This document shows positions 40,085-51,900 of a stretch of DNA of 64,000 bases, one piece after another. The notes below the pieces were generated by a model. The model made no database searches and was not told the origin of the DNA. It was given only the letters and a program-made list of their open reading frames with translations. The stretch is from Eledone cirrhosa. Taxonomy: Eukaryota. The position numbers and the translations under genes are program-made. Position 1 is the first letter of the stretch; each line of letters begins with the position of its first letter. The stretch is from the NCBI GenBank assembly GCA_964016885.1, contig OZ024742.1:59892001-59956000 (forward strand), in the 5' to 3' direction.

Positions 40085-41145
40085 GTACGTCCAATATTCT
40101 ATCATATATCTCAACACACAACCCAAGAAATGTGGAAGCTTACAACATTATTCACAAGAACATCCCACTATTGAAACAAGACCCAAGAATGAAGAAAAGC
40201 CCTTGAAACACACAAAATAATCAAAGGCAAAAGACAACCAAAATCACTAAAAACATTACTCACCAATGCCAAATTACCTACCACAAAGCCACAACCAACT
40301 GTCAAAAAATGTGGTCGCTCTAATTGTGGAACCTGCACTCACCTCACTGAAGGAAACATGTATACATTTCAATCAGGCCAACATTTTGCTGTAAAAAATC
40401 ACTTCACTTGCACATCAAAAAATTTAATTTTAAATGTAAAGGATGCAATGAAGATTATATAGGACAAACTAAACTCACACTCAGAAACAGAATGACAATT
40501 CATCGCCAACAATTACGAGACCCTACTACAAGACAGACACCACTCAGTGCACATCTAGACATATGCACAAGTAATAAGACACCCAAATTCCAAGTCTTCC
40601 CATATTATCTTTGCGCTGACAATACAACAGAACAAATACGATTAAATAAGGAAAATATGTTTATTCATAAATATAGACCAGCATTAAATATAGTTTAATA
40701 TACATTATGTCAACACCATAACATGCTAACTATCCAAACAGACACATACATACACACACACATAACACCTTCTCTTTTCGAAAATAAAAACCAGAACTAA
40801 TTAAACCTTAACATACGTTAATACTCTAACACCTTAACATGCTAACCAACACATTTACACATAACTCCCTCCCCCAGTTCTGCTAACGGAACCATTTTCC
40901 TACACACACACACACACAACATATATATATTCTCTCCATCTTAACCATACTCCCACACACACACAAATACACACACATACAACACCCATACATTGGAACA
41001 ACAACCAGATGTTAGAAAAAGCACAAACCCTTCATCCCAATTTTACTTTTGAAAATCACTAGAACTGCGAAAGCTGTAAAGGAACCAAATAAATATATTT
41101 AAAAAAAAAAAGACTCCAGTTGCATTTTCGATTTCATCTTTTTTC
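40085..41145 (+). mobile_element. Penelope-like element 3' part (Neptune-type GIY-YIG), frameshifted
   Basis: ISTHNP...KRQPKSLKTLL...CGRSNCGTC...FTCTSKNLI..CKGCNEDYIGQT...RMTIHR..SAHLDIC...LN, followed by a CA-rich 3' region. Confidence 0.88.
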
Positions 41146-41181
41146 CTTATACTTTCACTCGTGTAGGACACCTCGTTCTTT

Positions 41182-41233
<52 letters not shown>

Positions 41234-41277
41234 TATGAAAATAAAACAAAGAAGCCTTCAATACATCAAAAGTCTTT

Positions 41278-41322
41278 ATTAGCCAACAATGTTTCGTCCT
41301 ATTAAGGACTCATCAGGGCAAT
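41278..41322 (-). ncRNA. Type I hammerhead ribozyme (inverted copy)
   Basis: Exact reverse complement of 41345-41389. Confidence 0.85.
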
Positions 41323-41344
41323 CAACACACTTCTTGTGGTTTTG

Positions 41345-41389
41345 ATTGCCCTGATGAGTCCTTAATAGGACGAAACATTGTTGGCTAAT
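41345..41389 (+). ncRNA. Minimal type I hammerhead ribozyme
   Basis: ATTGCC-CTGATGA-GTCCT TAAT AGGAC-GAAAC ATT GTT-GGCTAAT, followed by AATAAA. Confidence 0.88.
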
Positions 41390-41563
41390 AAAGACTTTTG
41401 ATGTATTGAAGGCTTCTTTGTTTTATTTTCACAATTCTTCGGCTCTGTTTAATTACATTGAGCTATACCTTATACTGTCATTTCTATAATACGAAGAGGG
41501 TGTTTAACTCCAACACGCTCCAGTATTTTAATCCTTATATATATATATATATATAATTTTTTA

Positions 41564-41783
41564 TTCACATGACCTCTACCGACCAATCAAAATTGTTTTG
41601 ACCACAATAATTTTTGCAAACACCAAGTAGCGCTGGAGCCACTTTTTTAACATAAAACCAGTCTTGGCGCAAAATCAACTTTTTACATTCACATGACCTC
41701 TACCGACCAATCGAAATTGTTTTGACCACAAGAATTTTTGCAACACCAAAGTAGCGCTGGAGCCACTTTTTTAACATAAAAAC
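41564..41783. repeat. Tandem duplication, ~124-bp period
   Basis: TTCACATGACCTCTACCGACCAATC...GCGCTGGAGCCACTTTTTTAACATAAAA occurs twice. Confidence 0.85.
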
Positions 41784-42040
41784 AAATAGAATTCCCAAAA
41801 CTAATCAGATCAGAACAAACAACACGGACACTCTATCTCAAAATTATTTTTGAAAAGCATTTAGAAATGCGCAACCGATAAAAACTTAAAAACTTAAAAC
41901 CACAACTGAATACTAACCCATACAATTATTAATACTCTTTTATTCCTAATTAAACCGTTTTTCAACTGTGAACAATTTGTCACCATTTTCTATTCCGTTT
42001 ACCAATATATAATAACTTGTGTGTTACACCTCTATTCTTT

Positions 42041-42119
<79 letters not shown>

Positions 42120-42198
42120 ATGTTCCTGTGTATATATATATTAATATATATATATGAAGTGAGAGAATGAGAGAGAAATAAATAAAGAGAGAGAGAGA

Positions 42199-42244
<46 letters not shown>

Positions 42245-42352
42245 TGTGTTACTATGTGTATATATTATTATTAATATATATGTATATATATTAATAATAA
42301 TATATACACATAGTAATATATATATACATACACGAACACACATAAACACATC

Positions 42353-42417
<65 letters not shown>

Positions 42418-42419
<2 letters not shown>

Positions 42420-45400
42420 TAGCAACTAACAGCGCTGCGATCTAATGTGGCTTTTTAGCCCAGCCAATGATCTAAAATGTATTGCACAGAGTCGGGAACC
42501 AAAAGATTCACTGGGAATAGTCGGCTGTGGTTGGAGTCATTGTACTTTTGCATGTCGTTTGAGCCCTCCTGCTGATTTATATTCTCTACCACATGCTTAG
42601 CAAGCATGATGAGTAGCATCTCCAACAGCAGCCTGGTAGTCAAACACTGGTCTTACTTTATGACTGCGAAGATGACTTTCGAGTCCAGCTTTGCTTAGGC
42701 AGAGTCTCGCACAGACGCTGCATGTCAGCACCATAGGAGGACCCTCGCCGTCTGGAAGTGCAACAGCAATGCCCTTCCTCACATCCCGCTTTACTTTCTC
42801 GTATGCGATTCGAGATGCCTCAAATGTAACTTTTCCCTCATATACAGTGTAACTCCATGTATTACGAACAGCAGCAATATTTTCCCATGTATCAGCAGAG
42901 ATGTTAGCGTCTTTCTAAGAGGATTTCAAGGAATTCTTATACCTCTTTTTTGGTTTATGTGCGGTCGTTTTCCTTTAAATAACTCTCCATAAAACAGTTG
43001 TTTTGGTATTCTAGAATCCTTCATCCTGGCAAGGTGACCACTCCAACGGAGTCGTTGCTTAAGCACAAGAGCTTCTATACTGTCACACATAGAACTTTCC
43101 AAAATATCGTCATCGGTCTGAGACACATCTGATGGAAACGCTCCAATTGCTTAAGGTGGTGTCAATATGTGACCCAGGTCTCGCAGACATAAAGAAGAGA
43201 AGAGAGCACACATGCCTTGTACACCTTTACCTTTGTCTTTTTGCATATGTCTCGCCGACCCCAGAGTCGCCTTTCTAGCTTTCCGAAGGCATCACTTGCT
43301 TTCCTAATCCTAAGTGAGATTTCATTATCAAGGTTGCTGTATCGATTGACAGTGCTTCCCAGGTAGACACACTGATCAACCACTCCAAGTCGTTTACCAT
43401 GCACATATATATTTGGTTCACTGTACTGCTTACCAGGGTCAGCTTGGTACATGACGACGGTTTTCTTGAGACTGACAGTTAATCCTAGGGCAGTGCAAGC
43501 GTCAGAAAATGCATTCAAAATGTGCTGCATATCACTCTTTGTGTGCGCTACAAGATCGCAATCATCTGCATACAAGAGGTCTCTTATGATTGATGTAAAT
43601 ACTTTTGTCTTTGCAGTAAAGCGCCTGATGTTAAATATGCTGCTTGAGGTTCGATATCGGATGTAAACACCATGCTCGCAATTCCTGATTGCAATAGAGA
43701 AAACCATTGCAAAGTATATGGCAAACAGGGTCGGTGCTGGAATATCCCCCTGTTTCAATCCATTTTCTACTGAGATAGGCTCCGAAATGTTACCTCTGAC
43801 ATTAACCCAAGCCTTCATGTCGTCATGGAAAGACCTAACTAAAGCAAGGAACTTATCAGGGCAACCAAGTTTCTGGAGAACCTTCCATAATCCATTTCTG
43901 TTAACAGTATCGAAAGCTTTTGTCAGATCGACAAAAACCTGATACAGATCCAAACCTTGTTCCATGCACTTCTCCTGGAGCTGTCTAGCTGAGAAGATCA
44001 TATCAGTAGTGCCGCGTCCAGCACGAAAACCAGATTGACTTTCAGGAAGATCACAATCTGCAATGTGCATCAGCAGACGGTCCAGAAGCACCCTACATAA
44101 AACTTTCCCTACGACAGAAAGCAATGATATACCTCTGTAGTTCCCACAATCATTGCTGTTACCCTTTCCCTTGTACAAGACCACCATTACTGCATCTCTC
44201 CAGTCCTCAGGTACGGATTCATGAGCCCATATCTTGCCAAACAAAGAGTGAAGATGTTGCAGGAGTCTCTCATGTATGCCATCCATATCTGGAGACCTTC
44301 CACTGTTCAGCTTTGAGATAGCCACTGCAACCCCCACAAGCGTCGGAGGTTCTGCGAGAGCTACTTTCACAGGACTTTCTGGAATGAGATTGAGGAAATC
44401 TTCATTGACGACAGACGGCTGATTCAAAAGATCATCAAAGTGCTCTCGCCACATTCGTAGAATTCCTTGTGAGTCACGAAGAAGTTCTTTGCCATCCTTG
44501 CTGCGAAGCGGTGTCACAAGAGAAGAAGACGGTCTATAAACTTCACGCAAGAGACTGTACAACAGCTTTGTGTTATTAGAATCTGATGCAGTTTGTATCT
44601 CATCAGCCTTCTCACTCCACCACTGATCCTTCATCTGAGAAAGACGCCGCCTAACACGTGATTTTACATCCTTGAGTACCTCATGCAACGTATTCCTCTC
44701 CTGTGGTTTTACCGTCAAGTAGCGTGATAGAGCACACCTCATATCAGCCAACAAGTCTTCTATATGTACATCATTTTCATTAAACCAGTTTTGATGTTTT
44801 CTCTGCACCAATCCCAGAACACGCCTGCCTACATCATAAACCGACTTTTTAAGGGTCGGCCAATCCTCACCAAGATCTGCAACCTGCATCTCTTCTTGCA
44901 ATGTCCTCTTCACATTTTTATCCTTAAGACAAGCAGCATTCAATCTTTTGGGCAGGACAACACCAGGAGCCCGGATTTTACGTTTAGTGATTAGTTTCAC
45001 TTTTGCGCGTACCAGGCGGTGGTCCGTCCAGCACTCAGCACGACGAAGAGCATGAACACACTGCACATCCTGTCTGTCACGCATCCTGACTAGGACGTAG
45101 TCCAAAAGATGCCATTCCTTAGATGCAGGATGCATCCATGTGGTCTTGAATTTGTTCTTTTGTTGGAACATGGTGTTGGTAACACACAGATCCAGCTCCT
45201 CACACATCTGCAGCAGGAGCATACCATTTTTGTTACACTTTCCCATCCCATGCCTTCTGATTACATTCCATGTGTTAAAATCCCTACCCACTCTAGCATT
45301 AAAGTCACCAAGCACGATGACTTTGTCTGCCTGGGGGATATTTCTTAAAAAACCTTTCAAGGCATGGTAAAAGGACACTTTTTCTTCATCGACAGAATTC

Positions 45401-45753
45401 ATAGTTGGAGCATACACACTCACCAGGGTCGCATATCTTCCTTTCTCCAGCGGAATTCTCATGGACATAAGACGCCACTAATCCGTACTGGGAATTCTTC
45501 TAATTTATACACAAGAACAGTCTTAACAGCAAATGCTACCCAACCTCTCTTCTGGTTCCTTCATCTCTTTCTTTCCAGAAGAATGTATATTCTCCACAAA
45601 ATTCTGTAAGATGACCATCTCCAGCTAACCTCGTCTCAGATAAAGCCACGATGTCAAGATCGTAACGTCGAAGCTCCTTTGTAACAAGAGCGGTCCTTCG
45701 TTCAGGACGCTCCAAGGAATCCCTGTCAAGCAGCGTCCGTACGTTCCAACAGC
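42418..45753 (-). mobile_element. RTE-clade LINE, nearly complete ORF
   Basis: Starts at CWNVRTLLD (APE N-terminus) and runs through RT to three C2H2-like fingers; ends in (TG)n. Confidence 0.95.
43162..45468 (-). CDS. RTE APE endonuclease-reverse transcriptase (768-aa open segment of a disrupted ORF)
   Basis: VSVYAPT, GDFNARVG, TDHRLV, NYRGISLL, QSGFR, FVDLTKAFD, GLKQGD, LLYADD, YLGS. Confidence 0.9.
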   Translation of the reverse strand: MSMRIPLEKGRYATLVSVYAPTMNSVDEEKVSFYHALKGFLRNIPQADKVIVLGDFNARVGRDFNTWNVIRRHGMGKCNKNGMLLLQMCEELDLCVTNTMFQQKNKFKTTWMHPASKEWHLLDYVLVRMRDRQDVQCVHALRRAECWTDHRLVRAKVKLITKRKIRAPGVVLPKRLNAACLKDKNVKRTLQEEMQVADLGEDWPTLKKSVYDVGRRVLGLVQRKHQNWFNENDVHIEDLLADMRCALSRYLTVKPQERNTLHEVLKDVKSRVRRRLSQMKDQWWSEKADEIQTASDSNNTKLLYSLLREVYRPSSSLVTPLRSKDGKELLRDSQGILRMWREHFDDLLNQPSVVNEDFLNLIPESPVKVALAEPPTLVGVAVAISKLNSGRSPDMDGIHERLLQHLHSLFGKIWAHESVPEDWRDAVMVVLYKGKGNSNDCGNYRGISLLSVVGKVLCRVLLDRLLMHIADCDLPESQSGFRAGRGTTDMIFSARQLQEKCMEQGLDLYQVFVDLTKAFDTVNRNGLWKVLQKLGCPDKFLALVRSFHDDMKAWVNVRGNISEPISVENGLKQGDIPAPTLFAIYFAMVFSIAIRNCEHGVYIRYRTSSSIFNIRRFTAKTKVFTSIIRDLLYADDCDLVAHTKSDMQHILNAFSDACTALGLTVSLKKTVVMYQADPGKQYSEPNIYVHGKRLGVVDQCVYLGSTVNRYSNLDNEISLRIRKASDAFGKLERRLWGRRDICKKTKVKVYKACVLSSLLYVCETWVTY

Positions 45754-46827
45754 TTTCGTCCCCTCGTGTCTGAGAGCACGCACCCTAGCTCTGACAACGC
45801 AGCCTTCGTGCTTTGCATTGAAGAATTGGTCAAGGGCCAATTTCGCCGCAAGTACGTCGGTCGCGATGCCTTTGCTAAGCGCCTCATCTAATTTTCTAAC
45901 TAATTCTCCCTCTGCTCTATTTTTCTCTATTGCTAAAGTCTTACTAAACCTAATGGACTCTATTCTAATTGCTCTTTTCAGAGCAAACCACCACTTGTTG
46001 ACGATGGCCCCCGTCAACGCCCGCTTAACTAGTTCGCTAATCCGGTCTCTGTAGGCCTTGCGCGCTGGTTTGGACGCGTTTAGCTTCCAGTAGCCGGGTC
46101 CTCGTCTATGAAGCCTATCTAAGTCAAGAACACAGATCACGAATTTGTGGTCCGTGTAGCTGATTATCTTGAATTGTGGACAGCCTATGCTAGACCTATG
46201 TATTTCCCTACAAAATACTCTATCTAGATATGATCTGGATGACCCTATGCGATTTGTCCAAGTCCACATTGGTACATTCGGGAAATCCATTCGGTACCTG
46301 TCAGACAGTTCAAAACGCCTGAGCAAGTTGGTGAGACTCTTGCACCCTCCTTCCCTATCCACTAATCCCACACAATCCCAGCGTGCATCTAAGATCCCGT
46401 TCCAGTCGCCCACTAACACTAAAGAGCGGGACGTTCCAAGAAAGGTCTCCAGACGCCGGAAGAAATCAGGCCGCCCTGCTCCTGTCGGGGCATAGACGGC
46501 CACTAACCTGAAAGCTTGCCCGTCTCCGCTGGTCACGTCCAGCACCACAAACTTACCTTCTGGGTCCAGGAAGATGGCCCGTATGGCAAGATCCAAACCT
46601 CTCCGAAAAAGCACAGCAACTCCTCCCCCTGATCCCGGACGGCTGGGAGATGCGTACACATCGTAGCCGCCGAAGATCGGTGCGAAAGCCTGTGCCTCGG
46701 AGATGCTGGTCTCGCTGATGGCCACTACATCTATGTTTAGTGACCTGAGGTTGTTGAGCAGGTGGCCCTGCTTCCATGACGACCCCAAGCCACGCGCATT
46801 TATGCTGCCTATTCTGAGTGAGGTCAT
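45625..46827 (-). CDS. Tx1-like ORF2 APE endonuclease (truncated, reads through into RTE sequence)
   Basis: 400-aa ORF with all APE motifs; the last ~40 aa are out-of-frame RTE sequence. Confidence 0.85.
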   Translation of the reverse strand: MTSLRIGSINARGLGSSWKQGHLLNNLRSLNIDVVAISETSISEAQAFAPIFGGYDVYASPSRPGSGGGVAVLFRRGLDLAIRAIFLDPEGKFVVLDVTSGDGQAFRLVAVYAPTGAGRPDFFRRLETFLGTSRSLVLVGDWNGILDARWDCVGLVDREGGCKSLTNLLRRFELSDRYRMDFPNVPMWTWTNRIGSSRSYLDRVFCREIHRSSIGCPQFKIISYTDHKFVICVLDLDRLHRRGPGYWKLNASKPARKAYRDRISELVKRALTGAIVNKWWFALKRAIRIESIRFSKTLAIEKNRAEGELVRKLDEALSKGIATDVLAAKLALDQFFNAKHEGCVVRARVRALRHEGTKAVGTYGRCLTGIPWSVLNEGPLLLQRSFDVTILTSWLYLRRG

Positions 46828-48930
46828 GTTGAAAAGGAGTGGAAAAGATGGGAAAGACCACTTACCTTACTTCTCGTAGGGGAAGGACGGTTTTTCCATC
46901 CTTTTCACTGCTTGTGGCCTCCTCAGGAAGGATGTCCTTATAAATCCTCCTGGAGAGTGCTTGTCGGAAGTCTCCGATGTCTTTGGGGAATTTTTTTTTT
47001 AGTGTCATGTACGTTTTCTGTGTGATGCGAGTGATTTGTATGTGTGGAGGTGGTGTGAATTTTGGGGTTGTTGTGTAGTCTTTTTCTGTGATGCTGGTGT
47101 TGTGTTGGATGTAGTGTAATAATTGCTTGTTGTTCAAATTTAATGCTGTGTAGTGTGTATCGTTTTGGTTGTTTTGTTTTGTTTGCGTTTGTTGTGGGTT
47201 TGTTTCTGTTTCGCATTTTGGTGACTTTTGTGGTGTAGGTGATGGTGGTGTTGGGGTTAATGATGGTGATGGTGTTGGTGTTTGGGTTGATGGGGTTGGT
47301 GATGCTGGTGTGGATGGTGGCATATCTGTCCTAACTTTTTTGTTTCTTAGTTTATTTGTTTCCCTCTGTATTTTGTTTTTGGAGGGGGAAGGAAGAGAAT
47401 TATTTCTTTTCTGGTTTCTTTTTTTTTTCCGGATATCGTTTCCCACTCCTCGTCGTTACAATCTGTCTCCAGTTGTGATAGGCCGGGGAGTGGAAAATCC
47501 TCCACAGGCGTTAGTTTTGGTTGTGGCGTGGTGGATGATGTAGGCGCTGGTGCTAGTTCTGAAGCGTTGGGTGGTGGTGGTGTTGGTTTTGCTGGTGGTG
47601 GTGGTGGTGTTGGTTTTGCTACTGTTGCTGGGGTTGTTGCTGATATAGTTGCTTCTGTTGTTGCTGCCATCTCTGCTACTGGTGGTGTTGATGGTTGTGT
47701 CACTGGGGTGGGTAGGAGAGGTGGCCTCAACCTTTTAGCATGAGGGCAGAAAGCCCTTAGGTGGGTTCCTTCACCACAAACGACACACCTTGGTCTTCTG
47801 CCCTCGACAATTACCGTGAGGTGGCTGCAGTCAGTGAGGTCTATTACCTCTGGGATCACCTCAATGCTTTTTTGGTCCGCTTGGATCAGGAGCTCCATCC
47901 CAGATCCGGACCAGTTCTCCTGCTTTTCTTTTGCTATTGCTATTATTTTCGTGTTGGCTTCGATGCCGGCGAGGACGGCCGCTATTAGGTAGGGAATTTC
48001 GATGGCCGGTGGAACGTGGGTCACCATGATCTTTACGAGTCTCTGGCCACAATAGCTTGGGACGAGTGTGAAGTCGTCACTTCTTAATGGGGCCATGGAG
48101 TGTTCTCTAGCCTCCTCTGGTGTTTCAAAGAACACGTCCACGGTTCCATACTTTTGCCCACGTCTGATGTGGGTTTTTCTTGCCCACACATGTCCCAAAG
48201 CTTTTTGGATTTGGGACTTGGATGCCCGTTCCACTCGGCGCGATTTTACATTTATTGTTCGATACGACACGGTGCATAGGCGCCGATGCTCCATTTTATT
48301 AGGCTTTGAGGCTGACCCTGTACCCATCTTTCTTTACCATTTGTTTGGCATTTTCTAAATCCTCCTGAGTTACCGTAAATGCTTCGAACTGTTTTGCTAC
48401 TCTGGCGAAACTGAGGGTGGTTTTTATAATGTCATTGTTGTTGTTGTTGCTATCGTTATTTGTGTTAATATTAATTTTAGTTTCAGTTGTGGTGGTCGCG
48501 ACGTCAGTCGTCTTTGGTGGGGAAGAGTCCATTTTGCTTGATTTCATTTCGACATCACGAGTTAATTTATTTTTTTCTTCTTTTGTTTCTGTTGTCGCGG
48601 TGGTGGTGGTGGTGGTGGAGGCTTTAACACCTGCAGTCATTGGTAATGGCGGGAAATGAATATCTGCCTGAGACAAATTTAAAATATTGCTACTGCTTAT
48701 ATTTTTTGTAGTGTTGGCAAACGTAGTAACATTTACAATGGTGGTGTCGGTGTGAGGTGTTAATTTGTGAGGAAGGCTTTCAGCTGCTTGGTGCAGAAGT
48801 GAATTAGCCATTTTTTTTCAAATAAATTTTTTGTTAAGAATAAAAGTTTCCATAAATGGCAATTTTTAACAAACGGAAATAACAAACCTTTGCGGAGCTC
48901 ACGATGATACGATTTACTACGTAGGTCGCC
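45748..48930 (-). mobile_element. Tx1-like LINE, 5' half (ORF1 + APE), 3'-truncated
   Basis: ORF1 with zinc knuckle CVVCGEGTHLRAFC; ORF2 SINARGL, VYAP, GDWN, TDHK, GYWKLN; ends at the RTE junction. Confidence 0.92.
46862..48811 (-). pseudogene. Tx1-like ORF1 (frameshifted, CCHC knuckle)
   Basis: Three overlapping ORFs; SFARVAK, EGRRPRCVVCGEGTHLRAFCP, Pro/Thr-rich tail. Confidence 0.8.
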
Positions 48931-48950
48931 AATAATAGTAATAATAATGA

Positions 48951-51900
48951 TTTCATTTATTAGCCACAAAGGCCGACATGTAGAGTACAATACAAAGACA
49001 GGGACAGTGGGGTTTACAATAAGGTCGAGTAAAAGTGCACATTGGCAAGACTAATTTAACAATGAAGATATAAAAATATAAAAAAAACTATGCATAAATA
49101 TAACAAAATATATTCCCCAATAGGGGGTGGAAGACCCTGGGGTGACTCGGGTACCCCACGAATCCTGAACCGCCCTGCGGTTCTAGGGCACACCCAGGGA
49201 GAGCACCCCTCTTCTCAAGTTAGCTAGCCTATAGGCGCATGGTCAGAGTAGGCCCATTCACACGAGCTATTCTCGCCACATTCACCCACCTTTTAGAAAA
49301 TGTACTGGGGGGGGGGGCAGCACTTCTCCCTCCACCCTCACCTTCCTTTCCAGGTGAAACTTGAAGAAGTTGATGAGGGATTGGCCGAAGAGAAAAGTGT
49401 CTGTCTTCAGTCCTTTTAACCTGGTCCACCATATAACCTCTTTCGCAACTGCCACCAGACAGAGGAAAATTTCCTGCTCTTCCTGACTTAAGGAAGGCGG
49501 TGGGTCGATCTTCATTATGGACTCGGCCGATAGCCGGATTCGTTCCACACACGACAGTAGCTGTTCGACATAACTCCACAAGTCAGTAATGCATGGACAT
49601 TGGACAAGTGCATGCAGAACGGTTTCGTCGTTCTCTGCGCATCTTGGGCAGGTCTGTCTGACAGCACTTCCGTGCCTGTAAAGTTTATCTCGAACCGGCA
49701 GACCACCGGTAGCACTGCCAAGCGAGGGATTTCTGGAAATTGTCCATCGTCCCCGGCTCAAAAGTCCTCCTGCGCAGACTGGTCAGTTCGACTTCGTCGA
49801 GGCCCAAAGCTTCTCCGAGTGCGTCATCGCACTTGTCCACCACTAATCCTGTATAGAACTCGAGAGTGGAAGTTCCACTGATCGCATTGCCCGCTTGGTA
49901 GAGGGCAGTGAGTGCCTGGCAATATTCCAGGTGCCAGTCACCCAGTCTCGGTCTCTTCTTGACCCAGGACTGCAGCTCAGTCAAAGAAATGAGCTGCGGA
50001 AAGGCCCGTCTGAAAAAGTGCGACCACACCTGTTCACCGTTAAGACAGAATATCTGGAGATGTCGCAGCCTCAACGCATGTCTGCACATCATTAGCCACG
50101 GCAGCCCAGCCCTCCGCGTAGAGGGTGCTGGCAGCAGATGGACCGCCTCACCAACGGAACTTGTCCCCTCCACAAGAATTTGAAGAGGAGCCGTTCCAAC
50201 TTGACGAGGCACGGACGGGGGCAAGGCACGACGGTCAGGCGGTAGTAGATGATGGACGCGATGTACGCATTCTCCACCTCCGCGCGACCTTTCAGTGATA
50301 GCTTCCTCCCAGCCCATTTTTGGGTGAGACTGGCTACTCTGTTCGTTACCTCGTCCCAATTCTGTTCCACCTGGAGGTCTGGTCCGAACCAAACACCGAG
50401 CAACTTTACCCATCCATCCGTCTAGCGCCCCACGACGCTGTTGGACGGCATGGGCTGGCCTCTCCAGGTTCCGAGCTGCAAGCCCACTGACTTTTCCGGG
50501 TTAAGTTTAGCTCCTGTCAACCTTTCATATTCCTTCAATAAGGTGCCAACCACCTCGATTTCTGAGGTGTTCGACACCATCACGGTGATGTCGTCCGCAT
50601 AAGCCGATACTGCCTTTCCACGTCCCGGTTCGAGCGGGATGCCCTGCAACAACTCCAGCTTCCGTAGTAAAGGCTCGAGAGTCAATACGTACAGAATGGA
50701 AAAGAGAGAGCGCCCTTGTCGGACCGATCGGGAGAGCCGAAATGGTTCCGAGAGGTGGCCGTTAACCTTGACCACCGAGCGTGTGCCGCTGTGCATTGCA
50801 GCGAAGCAGCTTCTGAAGACAGGCCGAAGCCTGCTGCTTTGAGGCAAACTCCCGATACCGATGGTCGACCCTATTGAATGCTTTCGATTGATCTAAATTG
50901 ATCAGTGCCCCACCGAAGCCAGGTTTACACCCTACCCTCTCTATGATGTATCGCATGAGGTGGAGATTGTCGTGTATGGACCTGGCTGGGATTGCGCAAG
51001 TTTCCGCCTCCCCAACCAAATCCTCGACGACAAGCGCCAATCTCTTTGCTAACACCTTGGCCCAAATCTTAAACTCTGTGTTGAGCAGAGTTATGGGCCT
51101 GAAGTTGTCTAATGTATCCCTCTTGTACTCGTCTTTCTTCATCAGCGTCACCACTCCCCTGCTCACAGAACTGGGAATACTCCCGTTCTGCTGCCAGTTG
51201 CAGTAGAGTGTTTCGAAGAGATCGGAGAACAAGTAAAGCTCGTAGGGCAGGCCATCCAAACCGGGCGACTTGCGCCTCATGCAGCCGACAAGGGCGTCCT
51301 GAATTTCGGCTGAACTAATCGGCCTTTCGCAGCGCTCAGCGTCGACCGTCGAGATGCGCGGCAAGCCGTCAAGGTTGGGACTGAAATCCGCTACTCTCTC
51401 TGACTCGCCACTCTCCCCGAACAACCGAGCAAAGTGCTGGTGAAAGGCCTCACACATCTGCTTGGAATCGCTTATCTCGTGTCCGTCTCGGTTTGCCAAA
51501 GACCGAATTGTGGTTTTATTACCACGCTGCACCTCCGCCACGCGGGCCCATCGAACAGCTTTGGTTCCCTCGTTTCTCAGCGCCTGCGCCTTAGCTTTGA
51601 CAATGCAATCTTCGTGTTTCGCATTGAAGAAATGGTCTAATGCCATTCTTGCTGCTAGCACGTCAGTTGCAATGCCACTATAAATAGCCTCGTCTAACTT
51701 ATCTACCAGCTCTCTCTCCTTTCTATTTTTCTCTAACGCTAGTTCTTTGCTGAATTCTATCGAAGTTACTCTAATCTCTCTTTTGAGAGCCCCCCCACCA
51801 TCTGTTGTTGATGATCCCCCCTTTCACCTTTTGCTTAACTAAATTGTTGACTCGGTCCCTGTAGGCCTTACATGCCGGAAATGACATGTTCAGCTTCCAG

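Larger units (their letters stand above)
41236..41536 (+). mobile_element. Fold-back PLE pLTR mini-element with twin hammerheads
   Basis: Perfect 90-bp arms 41236-41325 and 41342-41431, then an unpaired ~105-nt tail; (TA)n on both sides. Confidence 0.88.

Noticed and set aside
41040-41090. Possible hammerhead at the end of the Neptune-type fragment
   Set aside because: Core reads TTGAAAA and helices are weak; too degenerate to call.
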